A stretch of DNA of 64,000 nt from Balanoglossus misakiensis (Eukaryota; Animalia; Hemichordata), in assembly GCA_040954595.2 (NCBI GenBank), contig CM082590.2:6448001-6512000 (forward strand), in the 5' to 3' direction. Below are positions 1-11,777 of this stretch, piece after piece; position 1 is the stretch's first letter, and each line of letters begins with the position of its first letter. Below the pieces are notes generated by a model. The model was given only the letters and a program-made list of their open reading frames with translations, had not been told where the DNA came from and ran no database searches. The position numbers were made by a program, and so were the translations under genes.

Positions 1-127
1 AATGAGTAAGACCTGGTGGAATTTACCACTCAACAACTAATCTCGCATCCACTTTTAGTTCTCGAACAATACCATGTCTAACACACATGATTTGCCGTCC
101 ACAAAAATGTTAAATGAGAACACTACC

Positions 128-3100
128 ATGCAACCAAACAAAAACGCCACAGGCAGGTATAGACGCGACATTTAATGCATTTTCATTTGATTTCACGTTT
201 GGTGAAATTACTATACCTCCAAGGTGCTGTTTTGTGATTGTGTGGCTGTAGATAAAAAGTTTAATAGAAAAATGAATATCATGTGTTCATATTTCGACTT
301 TCACTTTAGGGTGTTTTACTATTAGGTCACGCCGTGAGCTTCACGATATAAATTATTATATATAATTCCCCCGTATTTCGAACGAGTGTGTCTGCGTCGC
401 GGACGAGTGATTCCCCGTATAGCGGCCGTATCCCTCCGAGCCGCAGGCGAGGAGGGATACAGCTATACGGGGAATCACGAGTTCGCGACGCAGACACACT
501 CGTTCGAAATACGGGGGAATTATATGTTTATCACATACATAGACCCAGTTTCCATTAAAATGAGTTTCATCGCGAATTTAAAACATTTCCGCGAAAAAAA
601 GATGGCACTATTTTCTAAGGATGGACGGGTCATGTTATGCGGTCGGGGTCACATGGAACCGGACGTTCAACCGCGGTCAGCTGTTACAGTTGGCTAACGG
701 CCCTTGAATGTTAGGATTTACGTACTATTTGGATAATTCCTGTGTGAAATCATACGAATTACAAGAGACAAGAAGTTTCACTTCAACTGAAGATATTTCT
801 TTGGTAGGTAAATACTCATGAAAACACTGATAACACGACGAATTCAGAAAACAACGAAAGTTACTAGTATTGGCTTCGCGGCGTCATTGTTGACAACGGA
901 CATTAGCAAAAACTGAATATTTTCATTGACTTCAGTTCGGAAATAAATTGCAAGTAACATATTACTAGTAATTTTAAATTTGTGAAATATTTAGCAATAA
1001 AATGGTTGTTTAATATTTATATTGAAGACGTGTCAGTTTAAAATCTTAACGCAAATGTTATCAAAGATGAACGAAACAGAGAAGTTGCGGCGTGGAAACC
1101 GAAAATATTTATAATACTTCAGCTGGAATATTCAATACAACAACTTGAACAAGAGTTATTCAATGTCAAATTTTACTGGAAATCCTGTGAACTGTCGTCG
1201 CTTGGGGCCTGGGATCGAAATACAATGTTATTTCTCCTACGCTTTACGTCTCGAGAGGTGTCGTCACTGCTATTTGAAATGACGAACGGTCGTCGCTTTC
1301 TCCGCGGCTCGACGTGTTGATTGCAGGCTGTGCTGCTCGACGCCCCGGCGATGTTTAGCGTGACGCTTAACTTGCAATTTGTCAGAGAGGCACCAGAAAA
1401 CATCCCGCCTGCCGCAGAAGTCAGGGAATTCGCTGTTGGGTCGATGTTGTTGTCCGATATGGATAGAGAGGGTGGCCTGGCAGCAGTGAACGGTTGGCCC
1501 CGGCACGGTACAAGTTGACTCCCGGCCTCAGCTCCGGTCAATATGTCCGACATCATTTCTTGCTGCTGCAAAGAGTTCACCGCGTACGAATTAAATCTTT
1601 ACGGCCCTGATACGGGTTTTGCGGCCCGAGGTCGTACGGCGGAAGCGCCTGACCGCAGGGAGGGCGCGAATCGCCGTACAACCGAGGGCCGCAAAACCCG
1701 TATCAGGGCCGTAAAGGTTTTATCATATGCCTTATTGAACGATAATCAACTAGAAACTAATAAAATACACGTTCTGTAATATTTTAAAATGTAAATATTA
1801 CGTTTTTATCTATCGTTTTGAAATGATCTATCCCGTAGCATAGAGGCGCATTCCTCCAGTTCTTGCGGATTGATATGCACGATGTCATTTGTTTACATTC
1901 TATTGCACGTGAGATATAGACGCGCTCGAACTCACACAGCTGAGCGCGAGCAAAACATTCTTTTTTCTTCGCGACGATCGACGCCGACAGTCATTGCCTT
2001 TCCAGAGGGCGCCGTCAATGACCTTTGGCTTTTCAGAGACGCGGTGCAAGACGTCTCTCCAAATCCGTTTGAGCTCGTGCTGTGATTGGCTAGTACCATG
2101 CAAGATGTTGCTTCATATGATTGGCTAATATGCCAGACAGAAGTTCCATCGCGTGCATGGATCGCGTGCACGTTCGATCAGTACGCGTAACGTCCTTGTC
2201 ACGTGACGTGGCATACGTGTAGAACAGACGTTCAGAACAACAAACGACACTTGTACTCGTAAATTATGATTACGTGTAAAATAATTCCGATTATCTCAAT
2301 TTTTGGCGATCGATCTATAAAAATGAAATCGTGAAGTAAGTAGGCAACCATGGTGATACTTCCGGTGGAACGCCATTGACGAATCAGTTACCTTCCCCTA
2401 AAACGAACGCCACTTCAGCGCTCTCATTGGTTGAACGAAACGGATTTGGAGAGACCTCTTGACCGCGTCTCTGAAAAGCCAAAGGTCATTGAGGGCGCCC
2501 TCTTGAGAGGCAACGACAGTCACACATTAATCAGATCAAATCATCAATTTTACTATTCATATTTCCAAATAAAGCTCTACAACATGCAGCGATTACGGGA
2601 GATGATGGGATTCGGTAGCGGCATAGGACGTACACACACTGCAAGTGCACTAGTCACTAACACCGCACCAGAAAAAATTAATTCAGAACGTAGCAACGAC
2701 AACTTTCGAATCTCGCGCAATAAACACAAAATTAGATCCGGATACTGAACGCGTCTTCCAAATATGGTCACCGGGCCGGGGCGTGATAAGCAAAAAAACT
2801 GCACGGATGTGAGGGCGCTTTTCCCCATAGAGTTTACGTGGGCACGTGAATATAGGCATATGATAATATAGATCGGACGTTTCTATGACCGGAAAGCTGC
2901 ATGATTTGGGTTGGGGCAATGCCGTGCTCACTCAGTTTCTGGATCGCGGTCTTGCGTGCGCTGTGGTTAGTTTTTCGGCCCTTGATTCCTGCCCGTTCTG
3001 TGATCGTCTTCACGATGCTTTCCAACTTGTTTTTACCCATTGGTTGTCGTTTATACCATATTTCGGTGCTCGGATTATAATTTATGGCCAGGTAGAATGG

Positions 3101-6100
3101 ACAATATAATAAACTTCACACATGTCGTCTGGGCGATGAGCTCTGTATATGTTGTATGTTTGGACGGGACAGATGGATTTGTCTTCAATCGCGAACATTT
3201 TTGGTGCGTACGGACGAACGTTGCCATATTGGCCACTGCGTGTTTTGTTGTCTCGTTCGCTGAATTCCAAATATTCTCTACCGGCCGTGGTGGTTTTCAG
3301 ATCGATGTCACCCCAGCATAATTTTGTTTTCATCGCAGGCTCTAAACCCAAGCAATTTAGTGTTATTCCACCACACGGTATACAGGACCGATTCTGGGCT
3401 GTGGTTGCCGAGAATGTTCTTGTCTCGCATAAGCTGGATGTCGTCGTCAGTCAGCGGTTCGGCAGCTCGGGATTTATTTCCCTTACCTTTCGATTTTAAG
3501 TCGCATCGCTTTGCTCTGAGGGCATCTTGAGATTTCTTAAAAATAATGTCTCTACAGATCGAATACCGACACCCTTGCTCCGTCAAATAGCGATCGATGC
3601 CGCGTTGATAACTGGTTAGAGTGTCAGGCTCATATTCGCCGCCGTCTACCTGTCGAGCCCCGACAAAAAACTTGGAAAGGTGTTGATCGAGAATTTCTGG
3701 TGGCAACTGATGAAAGTCTTCCACTTGATCACACTCTATACTACGTAAAAATGTCCTAAATTGCTTAACTGAAGTGGCTGTTGCTTTAACAGTGTTTTTC
3801 CGGCGTTGATTGGCGATGAAGTTGTCAATTTGATCGCTGGTGATATTTATGTGACGTGATGCCGACATGATGCTCTGTCGTCTGACTGATCGTACCGACA
3901 GCAGACTACAAATTTTCCCGCCCCAACTAAAATGAACAAAAATGTCCGGTAACATGCTCATTTTACATTTAAAACATGTGCTTTATTACCCCATATTTCC
4001 CTGTGCTTCATAACCCTCCCGCGTTTGGGTTTCGGACATATTTCAGATCGAGAACAGCTGATTTTTGTTTGTTTACATAAAGAAAATAGTTCGGGCATGC
4101 ATATTCAACACATGTGTAATCTGCATTCGTCGAGGTCATAACCCTATAGTGTGACGTCACACTATAGGGATAACTAGGTCTATGTATGTGATAACTGATT
4201 TTATTTTTGTTTTCTTTCTGTAACAGGAACCCTGTGGTTATTCTTCCTTTCATTCTGGTGTTGATTTCGCTGTCTTATGCACAAGGTAAGAAATTCGAAA
4301 GACAAGTTTGCCTGGTTTGTCATGTTGCACGTTCCGCGGCTGCATGTTAGTAAAATTACTGTGCCATTTCTCATTGATTTGGACGTGAAATGACAGTTGT
4401 GTGTATACTTTTCAGATGCATCTTGCATTACTGTGTTTTTACACGTATGTTACATGGTTTCGAATACATCTTTTTTAGTTTGATTTCTAACACCTCGTTG
4501 TTTTTTCATTTGTGCTGTTGCCATTTGTAGCCGCATGTGCGTCAGATGAAATTTGAATCATTCTCATCAACCCGCAACCAGATGCCACTCTGGCTTCTTG
4601 AATCTATCAAAACAGCGTCATACTTCACGCACTGTCATATCAAAATTCACAAAGTATTTTATTACATATTCTTAATCGATAGGATAGACCTAGTTTACGA
4701 AGTGTCTATAAAGTTTCGAATCCTGTCGTCGATTAATGTCCTTACTTTGACTGAAAAGTTAAATGTCAATGAAGTATTGACATATTTTTCTTATTTTCTT
4801 TTTGTTGTAGACGTTGGTGTCAAATCATTTACTGTGACAGCGCCCACTCTAACTACAAATCGTTGTAATGTAGTAACTACATACACATTTGACATAACCG
4901 TCTGTGAAATAGGTGGGACTGCGGCCACTGTTACTGCAGTGAACTTGTACTACACTGATAATGTAAACTTTGAAGATGCATCAGTGACGGGTACTGCAAC
5001 TGTAGCAACGCTCGGTGGCGGTGCATCCGATATAAGTGTGGCCGCCAACGGAGAAGCTACAAACAGTGGAGCAACCGCAACCACACTCACAGACCCAGTT
5101 TGTGCATCGTACACCCACATATGCGCCGTGACTACATCAGGTGATACGGTCACTACCAATGATGACGCGTGTATTGCTCTTGATGGTGGAACTACAAGCA
5201 CAAATAACTGCCCAGCAGGTGTGTTAACGTGACCTTGACCAAAAATATATTTTTTCTTTTTACAACATTGCAATCGCGGTCAAATATGCAACTTTAACCA
5301 CTGTTACCAAGGAAAATACTTATATGGCCAATCACTAATTTCCAATGGGTGACACGCGAAAAAATTAAAGGGCTCCACCACATGATCATTCGAACACTCA
5401 GACACGCCCTTTTGACCATATATGGGCATATGTAAATAAGAAGTGACTATAAACCCTTGATTATAAACCATTTTTCTCTATAGGAAATTTCATTGCATTG
5501 ACCTGGTCATAAAACTTGATTGCAATTCCAGGTACATTATGAGTTATTTCTGATCTTCTTACTAGAGTTTTTTTCACAAATATATTTATTTCATTTTACC
5601 AGCTTCGTGCACTGATCCTGGAGGCATAGGCAATGGCCAAACGTCAGGTACCTCATACGACGATGGAGATACTGTGACCTACACGTGTGATGACGGTTTC
5701 AACCTTGTTGGTGACGCTACCCTTACATGCAATGATGGATCCTGGGATAACTCTCGACCAACATGTTCTGGTAAGATATGAGCTAAAATTTAAAAAAAAA
5801 ATATTCCATGCAATGTAAAGTGTATGCCACTGGAAACCAAATCTACTGCTGTGTTTTCTTTGAGTTTGAAAGAATCCATAATTCACATAAATAATGAATA
5901 TAAAAACAATAATTTACACCATAGTCGATTTGTAGACTCCACAGAAAACGACTGCTAAAGCCAGTTCAAGTGGTTTCACTGAAACATTGCAATCTTGGCG
6001 TTCCTAACAAATATGCAATGTGTGAATGCTTCTTTTGTCGGTTCTAGTGTATCAAAGTGAACATGTAAGTCACAAATCTCTGTTGTTTTCACAAAGCCCA

Positions 6101-7056
6101 ATTTTTTTTCGCAGACAACTGTTATCATGGATACCTCCATTATCTGTATTCCAATGAATAGAAGCTATAACAAAGGAAGCATACCTCCGGCTAAATAAAT
6201 AGTACAGTTGACACGCCTGTACATTTGTGATTGAGAAGCCTAGACAACTTCTTGGAACAACGCCAAAGACAGTTGATTATACATTGTTTGACCAATAACT
6301 ATATTGTCCATTTTGTACATTCTGTAGATCCAACCACTGTAGCACCCACTGTAGCACCCACTGCAGCGCCCACTGTAGCACCCACTGCAGCAACCATTGC
6401 AGCAACCCAACATGGAAACATGACAGAGCCAGGTAAATTTATATCCCTCGGGGACATTTTTAGAAATAGTTTGTTCCTCCATATCTTTCAATTCTTTACT
6501 AAATTAAAGTGTGTAAGGAGAATGTATGAAAACAAAGAAGAATACAAGGTGTTCACTGCCTTGTTTTCAAAACAAATATTCACTTTATATTTTCTCTCTA
6601 GACTTAACAAAGGGATTGGCGGCCATTTTGAAATTCAAAATTCAAACAATTTGACACAATTTTTCTCTGTCATTCCAGAATTTGCCAATTTAGAGAAATA
6701 GCTTATATCAGCTTATATCTACTCTATTTATTTGTAAACAACAACAACAATAGTCACTAGAGTTGTCTGTCTTTGCTTAAATAAGTCAGAGAAAATACCG
6801 AAATAATATAATATTATGGAAATAGTGAACATTAATAACTGTATTTCACGTGATTTGAGCCATAAAGTACCAAAATATGAGCCAATTAACTAAAACACAA
6901 TGTACTTCAATAACATATGATTGTCGTGAAAAATTATGTAAAGCTAAATTTGAATATAATCTTTTTGTTTCAGGTTCTGGAGTTGCAGGGATTTCCAATG
7001 GAATCTACTGTGTCCTGATCAGTCTGTGTATTTACACAGCCATGATTTTGCAGTAA
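128..7056 (+). CDS. Gene 1: secreted/GPI-anchored protein (signal peptide, Cys/Thr-rich Ig-like domain, Sushi/CCP domain, Thr/Pro stalk, GPI-like tail)
   Basis: Exons 128-156 (MQPNKNATG, tentative), 4227-4285 (NPVVILPFILVLISLSYAQ), 4811-5218 (DVGVKSFTVTAP...CASYTHICAV...NDDACIAL...NNCPA), 5603-5770 (Sushi: CTDPGGIGNG...YTCDDGFNLVGDATLTCNDGSWDNSRPTC), 6328-6432 (PTTVAPTVAPTAAP...), 6974-7056 (GSGVAGISNGIYCVLISLCIYTAMILQ*). All introns are GT-AG and phases are compatible. Confidence 0.8.
1593..2866. mobile_element. Non-autonomous Crypton-like element nested in the recombinase gene
   Basis: Hairpin 1593-1720, then TTATCATATGCCT (1720-1732) with its inverted copy AGGCATATGATAA (2854-2866). Removing 1593-2866 restores GHRNVRSINSYAVNS in frame. 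Confidence 0.8.
1988..2519. mobile_element. Foldback/MITE-like segment with ~80-bp inverted repeats inside the nested element
   Basis: 1988-2070 (..GACCTTTGGCTTTTCAGAGACGCGG..TCTCTCCAAATCCGTTT) is the reverse complement of 2438-2519. No clear TSD. Confidence 0.6.
5603..5770 (+). CDS. Sushi/CCP (SCR) domain exon of gene 1
   Basis: C-x-x-P...NG...Y-x-C-x-x-GF-x-L-x-G...C...G-x-W...P-x-C consensus; 168-nt phase-1/phase-1 exon; missed by the ORF track. Confidence 0.9.
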
Positions 7057-7607
7057 AGACGTTCTAGAAGGTAAGCGCCATTTTAGTGGATTAGACCGTT
7101 TTTGGTTAGAAAATTTACATAGGAAGATACTAGAGTATGTTAGAAGGCGTGTAGAGCTATACCGGTACATGTGAAACATCTGTAAGACCTCCAAAACGTT
7201 CACACGATCATTGAGTTCTTTCTTAGGTTTGTGATGCCTTGCATATACTAAATAAGTCCAATTTTATTTTCCCTATAAATCACTCTGATATTATTAGCTG
7301 ACCTGAACATTGTTTCTGTATAGGGGAAAAGGAAAATTTCATAGATTATATTAGTAGGATAGTTTGAGAATAAAATATAGGCCTGAACAACATGCCTGAA
7401 ATACTGGAACTCTGCATGCAAACTCTTCCCATGATGCTATCGCCCATGTATCCATTGCCAGAAGTCAGGACAATACAATTACCTGAGGACTATAAAATCT
7501 TAACATTTCTTTTGTCCATTTTGTTTCAGGACTGGTATAAACACTACAAGTCTGCGGAACCAGTGTCACACCTGTTTCACTAAGCTTTATGTCAATCTTT
7601 CAACAAT

Positions 7608-7862
7608 GAAAGGGACAAAGTCTCTCTCTTGCTGCCTGACTTTTCCCATTAATTGTGTTTGATACAAGAAGCCATTTATGTTATTCTACGTGTGGATATA
7701 TAGTGGAATCAACGTTCGACCACACACAACTTTCATCCGACTTGTAGACACAGGAGTGAAAAACTCGCCAAAATGAATAATCGGTCTTTACGATTTATTC
7801 ATTTTAGCAGGATTTTTAATCTCATATCGTACAGACGGGATGGAAGTTGTGTGTGGTCAAAA
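7608..7862. mobile_element. Partial copy of palindromic MITE family A (AGGGACAAAGTCTCTCTC end)
   Basis: Matches the left ~250 bp of the full copies at 20419 and 30692. Confidence 0.75.
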
Positions 7863-8111
7863 TTTTTCCTTTTAATGAACTTGTTAGATTTCCCTCGCAC
7901 AGCAAGTGAAGTGCATGTAATTTGGATGTTCAGTCAGAATTAAGCGAATAGGAATAGGTCAGAAAACAAAGAAAATGAAAATTTAAAAATGGCTTTTTTA
8001 ACTTATCCTTAAAATTTACCAGATCTTATACACACCTCTCAGTATTTGTGAAATCAGCTTCTATCAAAACCATTCGAGAAAATCTTTATAATTCTTTAGA
8101 TTAATTCATTA

Positions 8112-8392
8112 GGCAAAAAAAAATATGTGCTGTTCCGATTACATGGTTTTCAAAAATAGGGTAGGTAGCTAGGGAAATTGTTTTAGTTTGCAATTTTCTT
8201 TATACCTTTGGCCGCTGTAGTGTAGAAGAATGACATCATAGTTCTTGCATGATTCTCGCAATTTTCATAAATTTTGTATATTTGACGTCTTTATTTTTAC
8301 TTCCGGTTTACGAAGGTCTAAAAAGTTTAGGGTCGGTGGGCTAAAATTAGGGTAGGTCGGGTAATCAGAACAGCTCATATTTTTATTTGGCC
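8112..8392. mobile_element. MITE with GGC/GCC termini and TTA TSD (PIF/Harbinger-like)
   Basis: TIR AAATATGTGCTGTTCCGATTAC / GTAATCAGAACAGCTCATATTT; TTA on both sides. Related copies at 13755-14016 and an end fragment at 10381-10428. Confidence 0.7.
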
Positions 8393-10424
8393 TTATCATT
8401 ATTTTCTTGTTTTAGTCTAACATTTCATATCCTGATGTGATCACTACATTGTAGTAATGTTGTTTTTTATTGTACTAAATGTCCGTCTACGTTTCATGTA
8501 AACGTCCAAATGGTGAACGTGTTGTATAAGACCTTATTCTATAACTATGCCATGACATCATGATAGCTGGAGTTAGTTTATGACGATACTATGGATGACG
8601 TCAAATGAAATGTTCGTCACGACATTTTGTGACGAGTGTATCATTTGTTTGCACGACTCCGTATCCGAGACCGACTCCCACTAGAGGGCGTACTTTCATA
8701 CGGCCTGTCATGACATGGATATATTTGGGGAATTTATCAAACACAAATTCACATTACCGGGACATGTTGTTTGTTTTGTTTTTTGCACAGATTGTTGAAG
8801 TGTAATCCTACTTGGATTATTTTACACCCAAGGAAATAAATTGTGTTGGTTGACCAGCATTTCTTTGTCTTTTGTATTCTTGTCTTTGAACCACGAAATG
8901 TGAAATCGCGAAACAATCTTTGTTGTCGTTTTCTAAAATGTCATCTCATCTTCCCTTGGTGTCACTGGGAGACTCAAACATAAAAACAAGGTAATTTGAA
9001 CTTTATATCAAGGTATCGTACCAAGCCTTCTCTGCCAGCATCGGTGAGCCCTCAACGGTCAAAGGGGAAAATCTGTAGCTGTTGGTTGTTTTACGTTGCG
9101 ACAAACAGGCCAACCGTTGAGGGCGCAATGTATGTATGTATGTATGTATGTACGTATGTATGTACGTACGTATGTATGTATGTATAGGAAGTATGCACTT
9201 CGATATGTCCCATACAAAGTGCTCAATACTAAAGTAGAGTGAAATATAAAGTAAGGGTAGTAGGAGAAACAATAGGCGGTATAATCTCTACAACGCTGCT
9301 TTGTGAGTCAAAGGACTCATTCATCAGGAGACTAAGTGTGTATGTATGTATGTATCAAACACAAAGTACACACCTACTAACAGTGTCTTAACAATAAACA
9401 GTCGACACTCAACACTGCTTTGTCACAAAAATACCAGGCATATTAAAACTCATGGTTCAGAAAATGCAAATTGAGGGTGCCCACGTTAATTATGTTTCCG
9501 ATGAAAGACACTGGTGATGATGTTGGTCGATAGTTTGTTCACTACAGAGCCTGGTCAACTCTACTCAACTCTCTTAATGATTCTTGACCTTGACCGACTT
9601 TCCCTCTCCACCCTCGGACACAGAAGACAATAATAGACTCCACAATGCTCTATTGTTAATCACAGTCTGGAACAACTGTTGGTAGGCCAGCCTACAGAAT
9701 AAACCACAGAGAACATCTGTTGATAAAGGCAATTAAATTCTTCCAGGGACAAGGTGCCATGAGTTGGTGGGGTCGTGAGAGACCCACACTTGGCAATTAT
9801 CAGATTTGGGAAGATGGTTGAGCTTTCAGCACACACAATACACCCATGAACACAAAAGCCACAGACAGACTCTTGAAGGCTTTTCTGTTATCACACAGTC
9901 GCGATCAACAACATTTTAGAACGCCTTCCACAGAACTTCAATCGTCTGAAATTATCCACTTTCCCAAGATTAGAATCATGAATAGCCTCGTAAAAAGTGC
10001 ATTTCTCTGTATCAGTCATTCAACCCGTTTTTCACAATTAATGAGACTGACTGCAAACTCTTGTTAACATTCCTGCAAAAGGGTTATCTTTCAATTCGGC
10101 ACAAGCACAGCCTTACTTTACCTGGGAACACCACTACCATAGAAGCCGCCATTTTGTTTTGGCTTTTATTATTACATAATATTGCCAGGCACCCACCCGG
10201 ACAGTTGGTGAAAATTATAGCGAGGGCTAGAGGAGACCTTTTTTACTCAAAACCCTGTGTACAATTTCCTTACTAATCACCTTCAAAGCTTGTATTCATT
10301 CTTGTGACAACAGAACAGAACATAAGAACAAAGCAACAAAGCATCGGGTGGGGGGGGCAGCCACAGCCGCACACTCCAGCGGTAGGTCGGGTAATCGGAA
10401 CAGCACATATTTTTATTATTTGGC

Positions 10425-11440
10425 CTTATTGTAAAACAAAATCGCCAAATGCAAACCATCCAGACAGTGTCTTTCTGTCTTGAATTGGCACATGTTTACC
10501 CCTGTTGTAGAGATTCTATTGTCAACCCAACTTAGAGGCGAACGCCTGGTCACCTCATTACAAAAGGGTTCTTCTTTATCCACTCAGAGTGGCACCTTGA
10601 CGTCATTGAAAGGGAAACTATCTCAAGGACAATTTCTGTTCTTCAGTGGACGCATGTCAACGTACGAGTCGACACTTGGTACTGAAGTTTTATCATTCTC
10701 GCCCCACCAGACTACGGATTTCTTTCGTTTCACTATCGAAATCACGTACTCTGGTTAAAATGGAGTACCGCGCTGGTATTTGAACATATGGGTAATGCAT
10801 ATTCATGAGATGACATCATTATAATCTGGCCAATCAAACTGCACGTTCTTCGCTCTCACTCAGACTCAGAGCACTGCCACTGGAAGCCCCATGTTGTTTA
10901 GAATGAGATGTAATGAGATGCGTGAATGGGATGTAACAAGCAATCTGATTGGTTGTTGGATGTACTATGAAAGCGCCTAGACCAAATACTGAATACATGG
11001 CCGTATTATACCACGGCCTTTTTGCGGGGAGCAGAGCGCTGCCGTAAAAGGGCCGTGGTTTGCGACGATGAAGTTTTATGTACTGTACTAGTACATGGGC
11101 GAATTGAACTAATAGTTAAGAGTGTCATGTTTAAATCTCTTTTAACAGGTGTTCAATTAAAGTCCCGGGTGCCAACCATCCAGACAGTGTCTTTCTGTCT
11201 TGAAATGGCACACGTTTACCAATGTTGGTGAGATTCTACCGTCAACCAAACTTAGAGGTGAACGCCTGGTCACCTCATTACAAAAGGGTTCTTCTTTATC
11301 CACTCAGGGTGGCACCTCGATGTTATTGAAAGGGAAAATATCTCAAGGACAATTTCTATTCTTCAGTGGACGGATGTCACTGTACGAGTCGACACTCAGT
11401 ACATGTACTTTAGCTTTATGCACACGGATGAATTGAACTA
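10425..11440 (+). repeat. Two diverged units of the ~322-bp repeat, the first interrupted by a MITE
   Basis: CCATCCAGACAGTGTCTTTCTGTCTTGAA...GGTCACCTCATTACAAAAGG is shared with 14020-15270. Confidence 0.7.
10694..11070. mobile_element. ~380-bp non-autonomous element with imperfect CAT-TCGC TIRs and 9-bp TSD AAGTTTTAT
   Basis: A closely similar second copy lies at 59307-59694; flanking direct repeats are visible. Confidence 0.8.
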
Positions 11441-11777
11441 CTATCAATTTCAAAATATCCTGGAAATTCGTTGTCCTCTGGTGCTAAAAAAAAAACTCTC
11501 CCACGATATTAAGAAAAAACGTCTAAGTTCATGAAACTGAATACCGCACTTTGTTTATTTTGCAACAAAGTAACTGTTTCAAACGTTAGTAATCCCACTG
11601 TGAGATTGTCTGTAGTCTACTCTGAACCTTGTATGAGCATGATGAGGATGTTTTGCACTGACAACCAAATTAAACAAAAATTGGCGGAATTTTCGCAAGC
11701 AGACGTGTCTATACCCACCGTCTGTCGAACCGTTAGAAATCGTTTGTCCGACAAAACGTGGACTTGGAAAAAAATGA

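Larger units (their letters stand above)
1173..3868 (-). pseudogene. Tyrosine recombinase of Crypton/DUF3504 (ZMYM/QRICH1/KCTD1-like) type; two frameshifts plus one insertion
   Basis: MSASRH...FFVGARQVDGGEYEPDTL...KGKGNK...LLGFRACDE / KLCWGDI...ERDNKTRSG...CPV / PFYLA...WYKRQPMGKNKL...TNHSARKT...SGHRNVRSI, continuing NSYAVNSLQQQEMMSDIL from 1592 downward. The R-K-HxxR-H-Y catalytic set is recognisable. Frameshifts near 3325 and 3105. Confidence 0.85.
358..4194 (-). mobile_element. Crypton-type tyrosine-recombinase DNA transposon (autonomous-type, now defective) in intron 1 of gene 1
   Basis: Left-end long hairpin 360-525, immediately followed by TTATCACATACATAGACC (528-545), whose reverse complement GGTCTATGTATGTGATAA is at 4177-4194. 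Encloses a YR gene. No target-site duplication seen; AT-rich flanks. Confidence 0.8.

Noticed and set aside
1593-2866. Spliceosomal intron or invertible phase-variation segment in the YR gene
   Set aside because: No GT-AG at the frame-restoring boundaries on the minus strand. Inverting between the 13-bp repeats would only change the short tail (to LSYALLN...) and would not reconnect the native C-terminus. Insertion explains it better.
1173-3868. Domesticated ZMYM/QRICH1/KCTD1-like host gene
   Set aside because: Intronless, frameshifted, retains the catalytic residues and is bounded by element ends.
9045-9126. GCCCTCAACGGT...ACCGTTGAGGGC hairpin (also 23698-23778) as ncRNA
   Set aside because: More likely a small repeat terminus; the loops are poorly conserved and no RNA family features are visible.
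9480-10330. Possible decayed transposase or Penelope coding fragment
   Set aside because: No motif could be read convincingly in any frame by eye.
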